This document shows positions 1 through 9,917 of a stretch of 64,000 bases of DNA, piece after piece; position 1 is the stretch's first letter; each line of letters starts with the position of its first letter. Source of the stretch: a virus. The translations under genes and the position numbers were made by a program. Location of the stretch: the IMG/VR virus record IMGVR_UViG_3300008952_002784, positions 32,001 through 96,000 of that record. The stretch is one strand, 5' to 3'. The notes under the pieces are model-generated. The model had not been told where the DNA came from. It ran no database searches and was given only the letters and a program-made list of their open reading frames with translations.

Positions 1-558
1 CAGCTAGCTATCCCTGATGATAAAATATCGCTAACAGTTAATAGTGAAAAGCACTGGGAAGTGAAGAATATTGTTGAGTCTTTGAAAGAATGTGATTCGA
101 ATGACATTATTTGTAGGCTAGACGGCGATGACTGGCTTTGTGACTGTGATGCGCTCAGTATCATTAACAATCGATACCAGCAGAAAAATTATGACGCAAT
201 TTGGACAGCACATCGATGGGATTATACACACAATAATATATCCCGGTCATTGCCGACAACCGCAGATCCATACAAACATCAATGGGTCTCTTCACATCTT
301 AAAACGTTTAGAAAAAGAATCATTGAAGACGTAAAAGATGAAAACTTTAGAGGTCCAGATGGAGATTACTTCAAGAGGATAGGTGATCAAACAATATACT
401 TGCCAGTATTACATCAAGCCGCCGGCAATTGGCATTATGAGCCAATAGTTGCATATCACTACTCTATAGACATGAGCCCAAATACATTCCAGTCAGATGA
501 TGCCAAATTTCAGAAGTCCGAGGGTGAATTTCTCCGGACACGAGGTTTTATTTCATGA
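1..558 (+). CDS. GT2-family glycosyltransferase, 5'-truncated by the window edge
   Basis: Frame 1 is open from base 1 (QLAIPDDK...); GT-A DxD-type motif 'ICRLDGDDWL', then 'SHLKTF' and 'GDQTIYLP'. Confidence 0.75.
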   Translation, partial: QLAIPDDKISLTVNSEKHWEVKNIVESLKECDSNDIICRLDGDDWLCDCDALSIINNRYQQKNYDAIWTAHRWDYTHNNISRSLPTTADPYKHQWVSSHLKTFRKRIIEDVKDENFRGPDGDYFKRIGDQTIYLPVLHQAAGNWHYEPIVAYHYSIDMSPNTFQSDDAKFQKSEGEFLRTRGFIS

Positions 559-1481
559 AAGTATTCTTCAATAGAGTCCCTCGAGATGAACCGTACGGCG
601 GCGGCAATCAATTTTTATCTGCTATGGTCAAACATCTTGTCAATCATGATCATGAAGTTACTTTCAATCTTGAGGAAAATATTGACATAATATTTTTGAT
701 GGATCCTCGGCCTGGTGACATAGGATACTCAATTGAGCATGTTTCTAGATATAAATCAGCGCATCCAGAAACTAAAATACTACACAGAGTAAATGAATGC
801 GACAAAAGAAAAGATACTAGCTTTATCGATAAGATTTTACTAGACTCAGCAAATATTTCTGACGAAGTAGTTTTTATAAGCCAGTGGTTGGCAGACTATT
901 TTGTGAACGCCGGTTACGACAAAGATTATCATGTAATTTATAATGGCTGCAATGCAGATCATTTCTATCCAGGTAACAGAAAAATAGTTACACATAAACC
1001 GAAATTAGTAACACATCACTGGTCTGACAACTGGATGAAGGGGTTTGATTTGTATACAGAGATAGATCGTTATCTTCAAGACAATGACGACTTTGAATTT
1101 ACGTATGTAGGTAGGTATAATAAAACCTACTCTCCAAGCGCTACATCAATTGTTGGCCCGCTTTCCGGAGCATCACTCGGTAATGAACTAAGAAAGCATG
1201 ACATATATGTTACAGCTAGCAAATTTGAGCCGTGCGGAATGCATCATATTGAAGGCGCTGCGTCAGGAATGCCTGTTATATATCACACTGATACAGGGGG
1301 AATAAAAGAGCTATGCAAACAGCATGGCGAAGAGTACGAGACATTTCATCAGTTTCTTAATGCTATCGATATTATTGTCAAAGATTATAAATCCTATGTA
1401 TCAAAAATTGACACCGAATTTATGAATATTGATAGATGTGTATCACAATACTACAATATAATTGAATCAATGGTGAATTAG
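555..1481 (+). CDS. GT4-like (GT-B) glycosyltransferase
   Basis: N-terminal 'YGGGNQF'; C-terminal E-x7-E motif 'SKFEPCGMHHIEGAASGMPVI'; ATGA overlap with upstream gene. Confidence 0.85.
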   Translation: MKVFFNRVPRDEPYGGGNQFLSAMVKHLVNHDHEVTFNLEENIDIIFLMDPRPGDIGYSIEHVSRYKSAHPETKILHRVNECDKRKDTSFIDKILLDSANISDEVVFISQWLADYFVNAGYDKDYHVIYNGCNADHFYPGNRKIVTHKPKLVTHHWSDNWMKGFDLYTEIDRYLQDNDDFEFTYVGRYNKTYSPSATSIVGPLSGASLGNELRKHDIYVTASKFEPCGMHHIEGAASGMPVIYHTDTGGIKELCKQHGEEYETFHQFLNAIDIIVKDYKSYVSKIDTEFMNIDRCVSQYYNIIESMVN

Positions 1482-2401
1482 TGAATATTCATTTTTCTAA
1501 TGTCAATTTTTCTTCGTCCACGGGACCCAATACATTTGCTGCAAGACTAGCTAGCGAGTTGATGTCATTTGGCCACGAGCTAGTACCAGCTAGTGATCAG
1601 TATGATTCTTTGCTAGCATTTATTGAGCCGGTTACTATTCCACGCCCAAATGCCAAAACAATTCAGCGTCTAGACGGAATTTGGTTCAAGCCAGATGAGT
1701 TTTATATCAAGAATCAACATATCAAGTGGGCATACGATAATTTTGATCACATCATATGGCAGTCTGAGTTTGATAAAAAAATGACAGAGTATCACTGGGG
1801 CGCCCGGGTCGGCTCAGTGATAAGAAATGGAATTGCTATTGAGCGATCGATACCCTCTAATGAAAATTTACTAAAACTTAGAAAGAAATATGACTACCTA
1901 TTTGTTTGTTCTGCCAATTGGCATCGACAAAAGCGCCTAAGAGAAAATATAGATCTATTTCTGAATCTCAAAAAGAACTCAAAGTATGAAAATTCAGGAC
2001 TCATTGTGTTAGGCAATAACCCTGATCATATAGTAGATAATTCTAGTATATACTACGCAGGCTCAGTTCCACACAGCTTATGTCTAGAAATATATTCAGC
2101 AGCAGACTGGATGATACACTTAGCTTGGTTAGATCACTGTCCAAATGTTGTTGTTGAGTCTTTATCACAGCAGTGTCCTGTTATATGCTCTTCTTCAGGG
2201 GGCACAAAAGAAATAGTAAAAAATAACGGATTGATTATCCAAGAAGATAAAGAGTACAAGTATGAGCTTCTAGACTATGATTCTCCCTATAAATTAGATA
2301 TATCTAAAATTACAGACTTGCCAACCATCGATGTATCTTGCGATTATCTCAACATAAACACTATTGCGAAAGAATATGAGCGTATTTGTACTAGCACCTA
2401 A
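1481..2401 (+). CDS. GT4-like (GT-B) glycosyltransferase
   Basis: 'STGPNTF' N-terminal loop; 'LDHCPNVVVESLSQQCPVICSSSGGTKE' GT4 signature; GTG start overlaps previous TAG. Confidence 0.85.
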   Translation: MNIHFSNVNFSSSTGPNTFAARLASELMSFGHELVPASDQYDSLLAFIEPVTIPRPNAKTIQRLDGIWFKPDEFYIKNQHIKWAYDNFDHIIWQSEFDKKMTEYHWGARVGSVIRNGIAIERSIPSNENLLKLRKKYDYLFVCSANWHRQKRLRENIDLFLNLKKNSKYENSGLIVLGNNPDHIVDNSSIYYAGSVPHSLCLEIYSAADWMIHLAWLDHCPNVVVESLSQQCPVICSSSGGTKEIVKNNGLIIQEDKEYKYELLDYDSPYKLDISKITDLPTIDVSCDYLNINTIAKEYERICTST

Positions 2402-3326
2402 AGAAGACTGGATATGTGATAGATTTGTAACTGAGTGGAATCAGGCACAACCCTACCCTACATCAACATCTATAGAAGACTCGAGTGTCATTTGGTTGTT
2501 GGCTGACTGGTGCTGGAATAAAGTAAGTCCCAATCTACTCATACAAAAAAAAGTTGTTGCATCTGTTCACCATATTGTACCTAACAAATTTGATAAACAG
2601 CAGAAAGAAGATTTTCTAGAAAGAGACAAGTACGTCGATTTATATCATGTCCCATGTGAGAAAACAAAAGAGCAAATATTACCGTATACCAAAAAGCCCA
2701 TATGGGTCCAGCCTTTTTGGGTAAATCAAAACATATGGAAGGGGTTATCTAAAAAGTTACGTCAAGATATACGAACTCAATATGGTATTTCTGACAATTG
2801 TTTCCTTATAGGATCGTTCCAGAGAGACACAGAGGGCCATGATCTTAAGAGTCCCAAATTAGAAAAAGGTCCAGATCTTTTTTGTGATGCTGTTGAAGAG
2901 CTTAGAGACTTCTACAAGACAAAGAATGTAGAGGTTCGTGTGCTTCTAGCAGGGTGGCGACGTCAGTATGTCATTCGAAGATTGAAAGATGCTAATATTC
3001 CGTATTACTATTCTGAGCTTCCGCCGATGTCTGACATCAATACATTTTATAATATTTTAGATCTATACATTGTTGCAGCAAGGTTTGAAGGTGGACCACA
3101 ATCAATTGTTGAATGTGCACTTACAAAAACACCAATTGTGTCAACAGATGTAGGAATATCTGATATAATTCTAAGCCCAGGTTCAATATTTCAACCCGGA
3201 AATGTAAAAATGGCTAAGCCTGATGTAGAATATGCATATGAAAGTGTGTCCCAATACTCTATGCCTACCGGATTTATGCCGTTTGTTACAATGTTTGAAA
3301 AGCTCATGAGCACTAGCAATGACTAA
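2376..3326 (+). CDS. GT4-like (GT-B) glycosyltransferase
   Basis: 'EKGPDLF' and 'ARFEGGPQSIVECALTKTPIVSTDVG'; ATG at 2376 preferred over the TTG at 2364 in the ORF track. Confidence 0.85.
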   Translation: MSVFVLAPKEDWICDRFVTEWNQAQPYPTSTSIEDSSVIWLLADWCWNKVSPNLLIQKKVVASVHHIVPNKFDKQQKEDFLERDKYVDLYHVPCEKTKEQILPYTKKPIWVQPFWVNQNIWKGLSKKLRQDIRTQYGISDNCFLIGSFQRDTEGHDLKSPKLEKGPDLFCDAVEELRDFYKTKNVEVRVLLAGWRRQYVIRRLKDANIPYYYSELPPMSDINTFYNILDLYIVAARFEGGPQSIVECALTKTPIVSTDVGISDIILSPGSIFQPGNVKMAKPDVEYAYESVSQYSMPTGFMPFVTMFEKLMSTSND

Positions 3327-3663
3327 TCAGCGTCCATGGGGAACGTATACTGTTTTGCACGACCCAGATGACTGCAAAGTTAAAAGAATATCAGTGCTAC
3401 CGGGACAACAGTTAAGCTACCAATATCACCATCATAGATCTGAAGTGTGGGTATTTTTATCAGGCATAGGAAAAGTAATTCTAGACGGGCATGAAATAGA
3501 CGTATCACCTGGAAAGATTGTCCAAATACCCGCCCTGTCTAAACATAGAATTAGAAATACAGGAAACAAGAATCTAGACCTAATTGAAGTACAATTAGGT
3601 GCCTATTTCGGTGAAGATGACATCGTCAGGCTAGAAGATGATTACGACAGAGTACAAACATAG
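3319..3663 (+). CDS. Stand-alone type II mannose-6-phosphate isomerase cupin domain
   Basis: 'RPWGTYTVL', 'LSYQYHHHRSEVW', 'IEVQLGAYFGEDDIVRLEDDY' match the C-terminal PMI domain of ManC-type proteins. Confidence 0.9.
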   Translation: MTNQRPWGTYTVLHDPDDCKVKRISVLPGQQLSYQYHHHRSEVWVFLSGIGKVILDGHEIDVSPGKIVQIPALSKHRIRNTGNKNLDLIEVQLGAYFGEDDIVRLEDDYDRVQT

Positions 3664-3676
3664 TGAGAGTATTATA

Positions 3677-5605
3677 ATGAGACATATACACATTAGAGAT
3701 AAATTATCTGAATTGAACATAAACCTTGAAGACTTAGCTTTGGGTGACTTCGACTACATAGGAGAATTTACAGCAAAAAAGCAAAGAGAAGCTAGTCATC
3801 CTTACTTCAAAACCCATGGGTGTTTCTTCAGGCCAAACTATGAAAGAGGTATCTTGATATATTCTCTAATAAGAAAATATAACTTGACATCTATGCTTGA
3901 GATCGGCTTCGGTCGTGGGTATGGAACTATGTGTGCTGCTAAGGCATTTCATGATATGGGAATTGAGGGAAAAATTGTAACTATAGATCCAAATTTGGAC
4001 GAAGATTTTGTTAGAAATCTTACACAAGTGTTTCCCAAATCATGGTTTTCAATGATTCAGTTCGCAAAAGGAACATCAAACAATGTTCTGCCTCAAGTAA
4101 AAGAAAATTTCGACATGATATACATTGACGGAGATCATACATACGAGGGTGTAAAATCTGACTGGAATAACTGTAAAGACAAGTTCAATAAATTTTTACT
4201 ATTTGATGATTATCATTTGCCAACCAAGAACGACCCGGGTATACAATGTGCTAAGGCAATTGATGAAATAGATGCACCTAAAGATCTAATCATCATGGAT
4301 AGAAGAATATTTCATGATGATTTGTGCCGCGAAGATAAAGAGGTTGACTACGGACAAGTTCTTATTGAACGAGAGGGTGATGCATTACACAGCATGCCAA
4401 AAAACCAGTCACCCTTTTCTGAAGTCTGGAGCCCGGAAGATAATGTTCCAGAAGCAGATAGTGAATTGATGTCCTATAGAAATGAGTGGATGGATGAAGA
4501 CGAAGATGTCGACGCAATATTTCCAAGTAGCATTACTATGGGTGCATTAGAATCATCTCTAGTGAATAGAGAAAAATCATGGCCAAAAAGAGGTGAATCA
4601 TACATCAAGCTAATGAATTCACTATCTGATTTTTCTGCAGATTTAGTTAGCAAGTCTGATTCTAGCAATATTGATGTCGACAAAATAACTAGTTTGTCTA
4701 GCAACATGGACGATCCTGTGTTTATATTTGGAAACATGAAGGCCGGTACTTCATTATTGTTGTGTCTCTTAGATGGTCACAATAGCTTACTAGCACTCCC
4801 AGTTGATTCTCATCTGATGAAGCATCACTCACCTGAGGCAACAGTGCCATCCAGGACAATGATCAACGAGGCAAGATCACGCTGGCTGGGGAAACTTATA
4901 AGCCCTACGGGTTACAGCCCATACCTACTATTGGGGAAAGATAGAGGTGCATATCAGAAGTTCACTGATGCTTACGAATGGGCTTCTATGAACCTGCTAG
5001 ACGAAGCTCCATTCTCATTATTCAAGGTAGCCGCGTCAGCGTTCGCATTATCATATCCACATAAGCTCAATAAAGATTTTCGTGTTGTAGAAAAAACACC
5101 AGAAAATGAAAGATTCTTTTCGCAGATAAGTAAAAACTTTACTAATGCATCTTATGTACACGTGCTTAGAAACCCTATTGACAATGTTGCTAGTATGAAA
5201 AAATTGTGTGAATCTCGAGACGAATCATTCAACTTGAGGCATGTTGCACATTCTATCAACACTGGCTTAGAATTAGCTATAGACAATTCTGCATCTTCAG
5301 AACAGTATAAGCTGGTGAAATATGAAGATTTAGTTGAAAACACAGAAGATGTTATGCGTGAAGTTTCTAAGCACGTTGGAATAAGTTATACAAAATCACT
5401 TTTAAAACCAACTTCACTCAAATTGTCAAATAAGTCAAATTCAATGTTCGATTCTAGAAGAGTTACTGGCGAAATATGTGTTGAAGAAAAAGAAGAAAGG
5501 CAGAATAGAATAAATAGCACACTCACAGACAGTGAAATATCTGAAGTCATCAGAATCTGTGGTGAGAATGCTAAGAAGCTAGGCTACACTTTAGATTCTG
5601 CATGA
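3677..5605 (+). CDS. Fusion of a class I SAM methyltransferase (Methyltransf_24-like) and a PAPS-dependent sulfotransferase
   Basis: N-half 'MLEIGFGRGYGT', 'FDMIYIDGDHTYEGVKSD', 'FDDY'; C-half 'PVFIFGNMKAGTSLL...LDGH', 'EKTPEN', 'HVLRNPIDNVAS', 'VKYEDLV'. Start may instead be 3638. Confidence 0.8.
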   Translation: MRHIHIRDKLSELNINLEDLALGDFDYIGEFTAKKQREASHPYFKTHGCFFRPNYERGILIYSLIRKYNLTSMLEIGFGRGYGTMCAAKAFHDMGIEGKIVTIDPNLDEDFVRNLTQVFPKSWFSMIQFAKGTSNNVLPQVKENFDMIYIDGDHTYEGVKSDWNNCKDKFNKFLLFDDYHLPTKNDPGIQCAKAIDEIDAPKDLIIMDRRIFHDDLCREDKEVDYGQVLIEREGDALHSMPKNQSPFSEVWSPEDNVPEADSELMSYRNEWMDEDEDVDAIFPSSITMGALESSLVNREKSWPKRGESYIKLMNSLSDFSADLVSKSDSSNIDVDKITSLSSNMDDPVFIFGNMKAGTSLLLCLLDGHNSLLALPVDSHLMKHHSPEATVPSRTMINEARSRWLGKLISPTGYSPYLLLGKDRGAYQKFTDAYEWASMNLLDEAPFSLFKVAASAFALSYPHKLNKDFRVVEKTPENERFFSQISKNFTNASYVHVLRNPIDNVASMKKLCESRDESFNLRHVAHSINTGLELAIDNSASSEQYKLVKYEDLVENTEDVMREVSKHVGISYTKSLLKPTSLKLSNKSNSMFDSRRVTGEICVEEKEERQNRINSTLTDSEISEVIRICGENAKKLGYTLDSA

Positions 5606-6618
5606 AGATAATTGCTATAACACCAGACAATAAGATGGATGCAGTTGTCCCAATTGTTATCGAAGGTCTGTATGATTTGGGTGTAGAAGTAATTGCAACA
5701 GACTATGGTAACAGTGTAAGAAGAGTGTATGCAGACGAAGATGTGATTGAGCATTCTAAAACAGCAGACTTTATTTTTGTGTTGTGGGGTAAGATAAGAG
5801 ACAACAATCCTCCCAAATACTATCTTTTAAACAAAATAAACAGGCCGGAGATCACTGCTTACATTGACGGAAGTGAATGGACAGCAACAGGGTACCCTGA
5901 TGACAAAGAAAGAGTATCAGCACCATGGGCAAAAAATGGAACTATTGCTAAGCAAGTCTATGAATCAAAATTTAATCCCAGCAGGTGTAAGGGCACTCCA
6001 TGGATTAATGATGTTATGTATGATTATTGTCGTTGGTACTTCAAGAGAGAATGTTATCAATCAGATGCTGATATAGGAATAATACCTTTCAACATAGGCT
6101 GCAAGATGTCTTATTTGTCTGATGACTTTTGTGATAAGTCAGTTGACGTAGTATGCTCATTTGGGCATCTCCACACAGGACTTCGCTGGGAAGTATATCA
6201 TTTTTGCAAAAGACTGGAGAAAGAAGGTTACACTGTCGACTTTGTAAGTAACGTTTCGTATAGCGAATACAGAAAACGTCTATCAAGAGCATATATTGGA
6301 GTCGACGCTTGGGGTGCTGGAAATAGCTCAATGAGAACGTGGGAAATTATGGGAAACAAAACATGCTGCTTTACACAAAGCGCAGAGATACTATTTCCTA
6401 ACAAGCCAACAGACAACGTGCATTGGATAGAGTACTCAAATATGAAAGAATTTGAGTTAAAAATATATGATATGCTTAATAATAAACAAAAATGTAAAGA
6501 TATCGGTATTGCCGGTTATGATTACACAGTCAAGTATCACACAGGAAAGCCACGTGTAAGATATATGCTAGACATCATGAGGAAGGATATAGATGAAGAT
6601 ACACACAGACTTAAGTGA
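5602..6618 (+). CDS. Putative GT-B glycosyltransferase (Glyco_trans_1_2/CgeB-like C-terminus)
   Basis: 'DAWGAGNSSMRTWEIMG' and C-terminal 'IGIAGYDYTVKYHT...RVRYML'; glycan-cluster context. Confidence 0.65.
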   Translation: MKIIAITPDNKMDAVVPIVIEGLYDLGVEVIATDYGNSVRRVYADEDVIEHSKTADFIFVLWGKIRDNNPPKYYLLNKINRPEITAYIDGSEWTATGYPDDKERVSAPWAKNGTIAKQVYESKFNPSRCKGTPWINDVMYDYCRWYFKRECYQSDADIGIIPFNIGCKMSYLSDDFCDKSVDVVCSFGHLHTGLRWEVYHFCKRLEKEGYTVDFVSNVSYSEYRKRLSRAYIGVDAWGAGNSSMRTWEIMGNKTCCFTQSAEILFPNKPTDNVHWIEYSNMKEFELKIYDMLNNKQKCKDIGIAGYDYTVKYHTGKPRVRYMLDIMRKDIDEDTHRLK

Positions 6619-7354
6619 TTTAGCCCTTCTAACTTATACACATACAGCATGCAAAGATATATGGCCAATCTATTTTGGGCAAGTAAAAAAATATCTACCG
6701 GGTGATATATCCAGTTACGTATTGTCAAATGATACAGGTCCGGACTACACTAAAGATAATACATTCTTGATATATGATGAATCTGATCCGTACTATATTC
6801 AGTATACATCTGGGCTAAAGAAAATAGACCAAAAATATATACTGTATGCACAAGAAGATTTTATATTGTATGATTCACCAAACGTTGATCGCTTAAAGCG
6901 ATATATTAATTTTCTAGAAAACTCAGATTTTTCCTTCATAAGACTTATACGCTCCGGTTTTACTGATATTGACTTTGGTCTTCACAAAATCGAAGATGAC
7001 CTATATGATGCAAATACTCTAAACCCAAAATCTTTCCCTTTCCAAATGCAGGCAACAATATGGAAGAAGAGTGATATGATGTCATTGTACAGAACAGCTA
7101 AATCTCCTCTTCACTTAGAACCAGCTGCAGATTGGCCTGGGTGTATGAGATCACTAGGGATAAAAGGCGCATATTGTTACAATAATGAGCCCAAGCAAGG
7201 AAAATATCACTGGGGCACTTCAACATACCCACATATCGTTTCAGCTGTACAACGTGGAAAGTGGAATACTTTCCAGCACAATGGGATAATTTTAGACATC
7301 TTGTCAGAATACAATGTTGATCCAAACATACGTGGTACTAGAACTCAGTACTAA
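6593..7354 (+). CDS. Putative GT-A glycosyltransferase
   Basis: 'YILYAQEDFIL' acidic motif and 'QATIWKK'; cluster context. Confidence 0.5.
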   Translation: MKIHTDLSDLALLTYTHTACKDIWPIYFGQVKKYLPGDISSYVLSNDTGPDYTKDNTFLIYDESDPYYIQYTSGLKKIDQKYILYAQEDFILYDSPNVDRLKRYINFLENSDFSFIRLIRSGFTDIDFGLHKIEDDLYDANTLNPKSFPFQMQATIWKKSDMMSLYRTAKSPLHLEPAADWPGCMRSLGIKGAYCYNNEPKQGKYHWGTSTYPHIVSAVQRGKWNTFQHNGIILDILSEYNVDPNIRGTRTQY

Positions 7355-7365
7355 AAGGATATACT

Positions 7366-8160
7366 ATGAAAATTGTAAGCTTAGTTTTCAATTATGATTT
7401 AGACAAACAGAGAGATAGCGGTCGCTTGTGGGGGAAGCAAGGATATAGAAACAAAGATTATATTTTTGAGTACTCTGCAGCATCTATTTCTACATTTTTG
7501 CATCACAATCCAAGTAGACATTATGTTGTCAATACAGATGATGTAGATTTATTGAATAACAAGATATCACAATATAATGTTCCCACATCAAATCTTGAAT
7601 TGGTCGATTCTAGTGATCGATTAGAAGAGTGGAAGAAGCATAAGTACTGTTTCAATCCTGCAATGATGCACTTTAAAGAGCATTTAGTCCCCGGGGAGAA
7701 GATTATAAAACTAGACAATGACCTAACATGTCTTAAGCCGATTGATGAAGTTGCTGACTTTGAAGGTGCATTGATTTGGGAGACTGAGTTTCCTATTGCA
7801 AATGGTCGAGAATATTGGGGAGAAAGACACGTAGCTAGAGCAGTTGTTGGCACAGAAGACTTCAACTCGTATAATATTGGTGTCTTTGGCTTAAGCCCAA
7901 ATTACCTTCCACTAGTTGATAAAATGATAGACATTGCATATAAAATGCTAGATGTTGACATCAGCAATATTGTTTACTTCAAAGAAGATCCTGAGTTTAA
8001 ATCTAAGATGTGGTCATGCTCTGAACAAACAGCTTACAGTTACGTGTTAGATGCGGAAAAAGTTCCAATCCGTGAAATGAATGATTTTTTCAAGCATCAC
8101 TGCTACGGATTTGAAGCAAAAGATAATTGTATATCAGAAGCAGCTTGGCTAAGAAAGTAA
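7366..8160 (+). CDS. Putative GT-A glycosyltransferase (GT8-like DxD)
   Basis: 'SISTF...YVVNTD', DxD motif 'IIKLDNDLTCLKPI', 'YNIGVFG', 'SEQTAYS'. Confidence 0.55.
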   Translation: MKIVSLVFNYDLDKQRDSGRLWGKQGYRNKDYIFEYSAASISTFLHHNPSRHYVVNTDDVDLLNNKISQYNVPTSNLELVDSSDRLEEWKKHKYCFNPAMMHFKEHLVPGEKIIKLDNDLTCLKPIDEVADFEGALIWETEFPIANGREYWGERHVARAVVGTEDFNSYNIGVFGLSPNYLPLVDKMIDIAYKMLDVDISNIVYFKEDPEFKSKMWSCSEQTAYSYVLDAEKVPIREMNDFFKHHCYGFEAKDNCISEAAWLRK

Positions 8161-8170
8161 GGAGAATAAT

Positions 8171-8884
8171 ATGAATATTAATGAAAAATCTCACGGTTTT
8201 AAAACAAGAACCGTCAACTCAGGCCCAAAGTGGAGGTTACCATGGCCCCCAAAATACCCTGAGTATTATAACAAGACATGCTTTTATCTAGACGCGTTAT
8301 ACGAAACACTCATTCAGATGAATCCCAAGTATTGTTTAGAGATAGGCACACATAAGGGTGATATGTCAACAGCTATATTTCAAAAGTATTTTGATAATCA
8401 CCGCCCTGACGGATTACTCATAACTCTAGACATTAACCCATGCAATGATCTAGATCTTAAGAATGTTGAGCAAGTTATTGTATACCCACATCATAACAGA
8501 ATATATGAGACATGCGGCGCAAACGGATCATGGTTTTCAGAAACTGACTTACCAGATGATTTTAAGACCGCATCTGCTTCATCTGTTCAAACAAACACTG
8601 ACATCGTACGATTAGCAATGGATAAGCACAATATATCTGGTTTTGACTTAGCATTTATAGATGGCGATCACGAAAGAGAATCATTCCTCCGTGACATAGA
8701 AATGTGTATGTCTATAACATCTGATCCTCACTATGTTTTAATTGATGACACTAAAGAAGAATATCACCCATGCTGTCACATATATCAAGAAGAAATAAAG
8801 CCTTCTAGTGAATATGAAACTTATGATTTTGATAATTGGGATAGATTTGTAGGCTGTTCACTAGTATGGAAAAGTAAGGTATAA
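8171..8884 (+). CDS. Class I SAM-dependent methyltransferase (Methyltransf_24-like)
   Basis: 'CLEIGTHKG', 'FDLAFIDGDHER', 'VLIDD'; SD AAGGAG upstream. Confidence 0.8.
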   Translation: MNINEKSHGFKTRTVNSGPKWRLPWPPKYPEYYNKTCFYLDALYETLIQMNPKYCLEIGTHKGDMSTAIFQKYFDNHRPDGLLITLDINPCNDLDLKNVEQVIVYPHHNRIYETCGANGSWFSETDLPDDFKTASASSVQTNTDIVRLAMDKHNISGFDLAFIDGDHERESFLRDIEMCMSITSDPHYVLIDDTKEEYHPCCHIYQEEIKPSSEYETYDFDNWDRFVGCSLVWKSKV

Positions 8885-8888
8885 CAAA

Positions 8889-9320
8889 ATGATTCAAATT
8901 CATTCTAAGCTGAATCCAAGCAAAGTACTTCATATAATACATAAAAGATATGAATTTGAAGGCGAAGTGTCTAGAAACGACATTGTCGACGGAGATCAGT
9001 ATATACAGCTTTCCACATTGAGTATGAACAAAGGGAAGACATTTCGTCCACACAGGCACATATGGAAACAAGGCCCTGAGACATGCATTGCACAAGAGTC
9101 ATGGGTAATAATCTCTGGAAAAGTTAGGGTGTATCTTTATGATACAGACGACTCTCTTCTCTACAAGGCAGACTTATCCCATGGCGATGCTAGTATTACT
9201 CTAGAGGGCGGTCATACATACGAAATATTGGAGGATAATACATACGTGTATGAGTATAAAACTGGACCGTATCAAGGACAAGAGCTAGATAAGGTTTTCA
9301 TCGATGACACAAGAGACTAA
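8889..9320 (+). CDS. Cupin-fold protein (WbuC-like or sugar isomerase)
   Basis: 'FRPHRH', 'QESWVIISGKV', 'GGHTY', 'EYKTGPY' cupin metal-binding motifs. Confidence 0.7.
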   Translation: MIQIHSKLNPSKVLHIIHKRYEFEGEVSRNDIVDGDQYIQLSTLSMNKGKTFRPHRHIWKQGPETCIAQESWVIISGKVRVYLYDTDDSLLYKADLSHGDASITLEGGHTYEILEDNTYVYEYKTGPYQGQELDKVFIDDTRD

Positions 9321-9915
9321 AATATATATTGCTTCAAATAGAAGCATAGGGAAGAAGTGTCTAGAGTTTGCTCGCGAGTCATGCCCCAAGGGTTATGCAA
9401 TGACAGATTCTATAGAAGAGTCAGACATTGTCTTTTCTGTAGTATATGACAAGATATTTACCGAGTCATTTCTAGTCAACAGAAGATGTTATAATTTTCA
9501 CTATGGAATATTACCAGATTACGGTGGAGTAGGGTCAGCTACATGGGTTATTATAAACGGTGAAAAAGAACACGGTGTCACACTGCATGAAATAACACCC
9601 GGGCTTGATCAAGGCCCAATTATCTTTCTAGAGAAGTTTGATGTAGGTGACAATGATACTGCACTTTTTCTTTACGAAAAGTGCGAAAATATTTTATATC
9701 AAATGTTCAAGAAGTACTTTGTCAAAATTGTAACAAACGATTATACTTCGCAGCCACAATCTAAAAAGCCTACAATTTATAGACGGCGCAAATTAGACAA
9801 AGCAAAAGACATAACAACATTAATGAGGGCTTTTTATTTCCCTGGGAAAGAAAGCGTATACTTTTATAACAAGACAGGCAACAAGATAAGCATTAGCTAT
9901 GATGATAAGGAGTAA
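9304..9915 (+). CDS. Sugar N-formyltransferase (Formyl_trans_N)
   Basis: 'NFHYGILPDYGG' and 'HGVTLHEITPGLDQGPII' formyltransferase signatures. Confidence 0.85.
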   Translation: MTQETKIYIASNRSIGKKCLEFARESCPKGYAMTDSIEESDIVFSVVYDKIFTESFLVNRRCYNFHYGILPDYGGVGSATWVIINGEKEHGVTLHEITPGLDQGPIIFLEKFDVGDNDTALFLYEKCENILYQMFKKYFVKIVTNDYTSQPQSKKPTIYRRRKLDKAKDITTLMRAFYFPGKESVYFYNKTGNKISISYDDKE

Positions 9916-9917
9916 TA

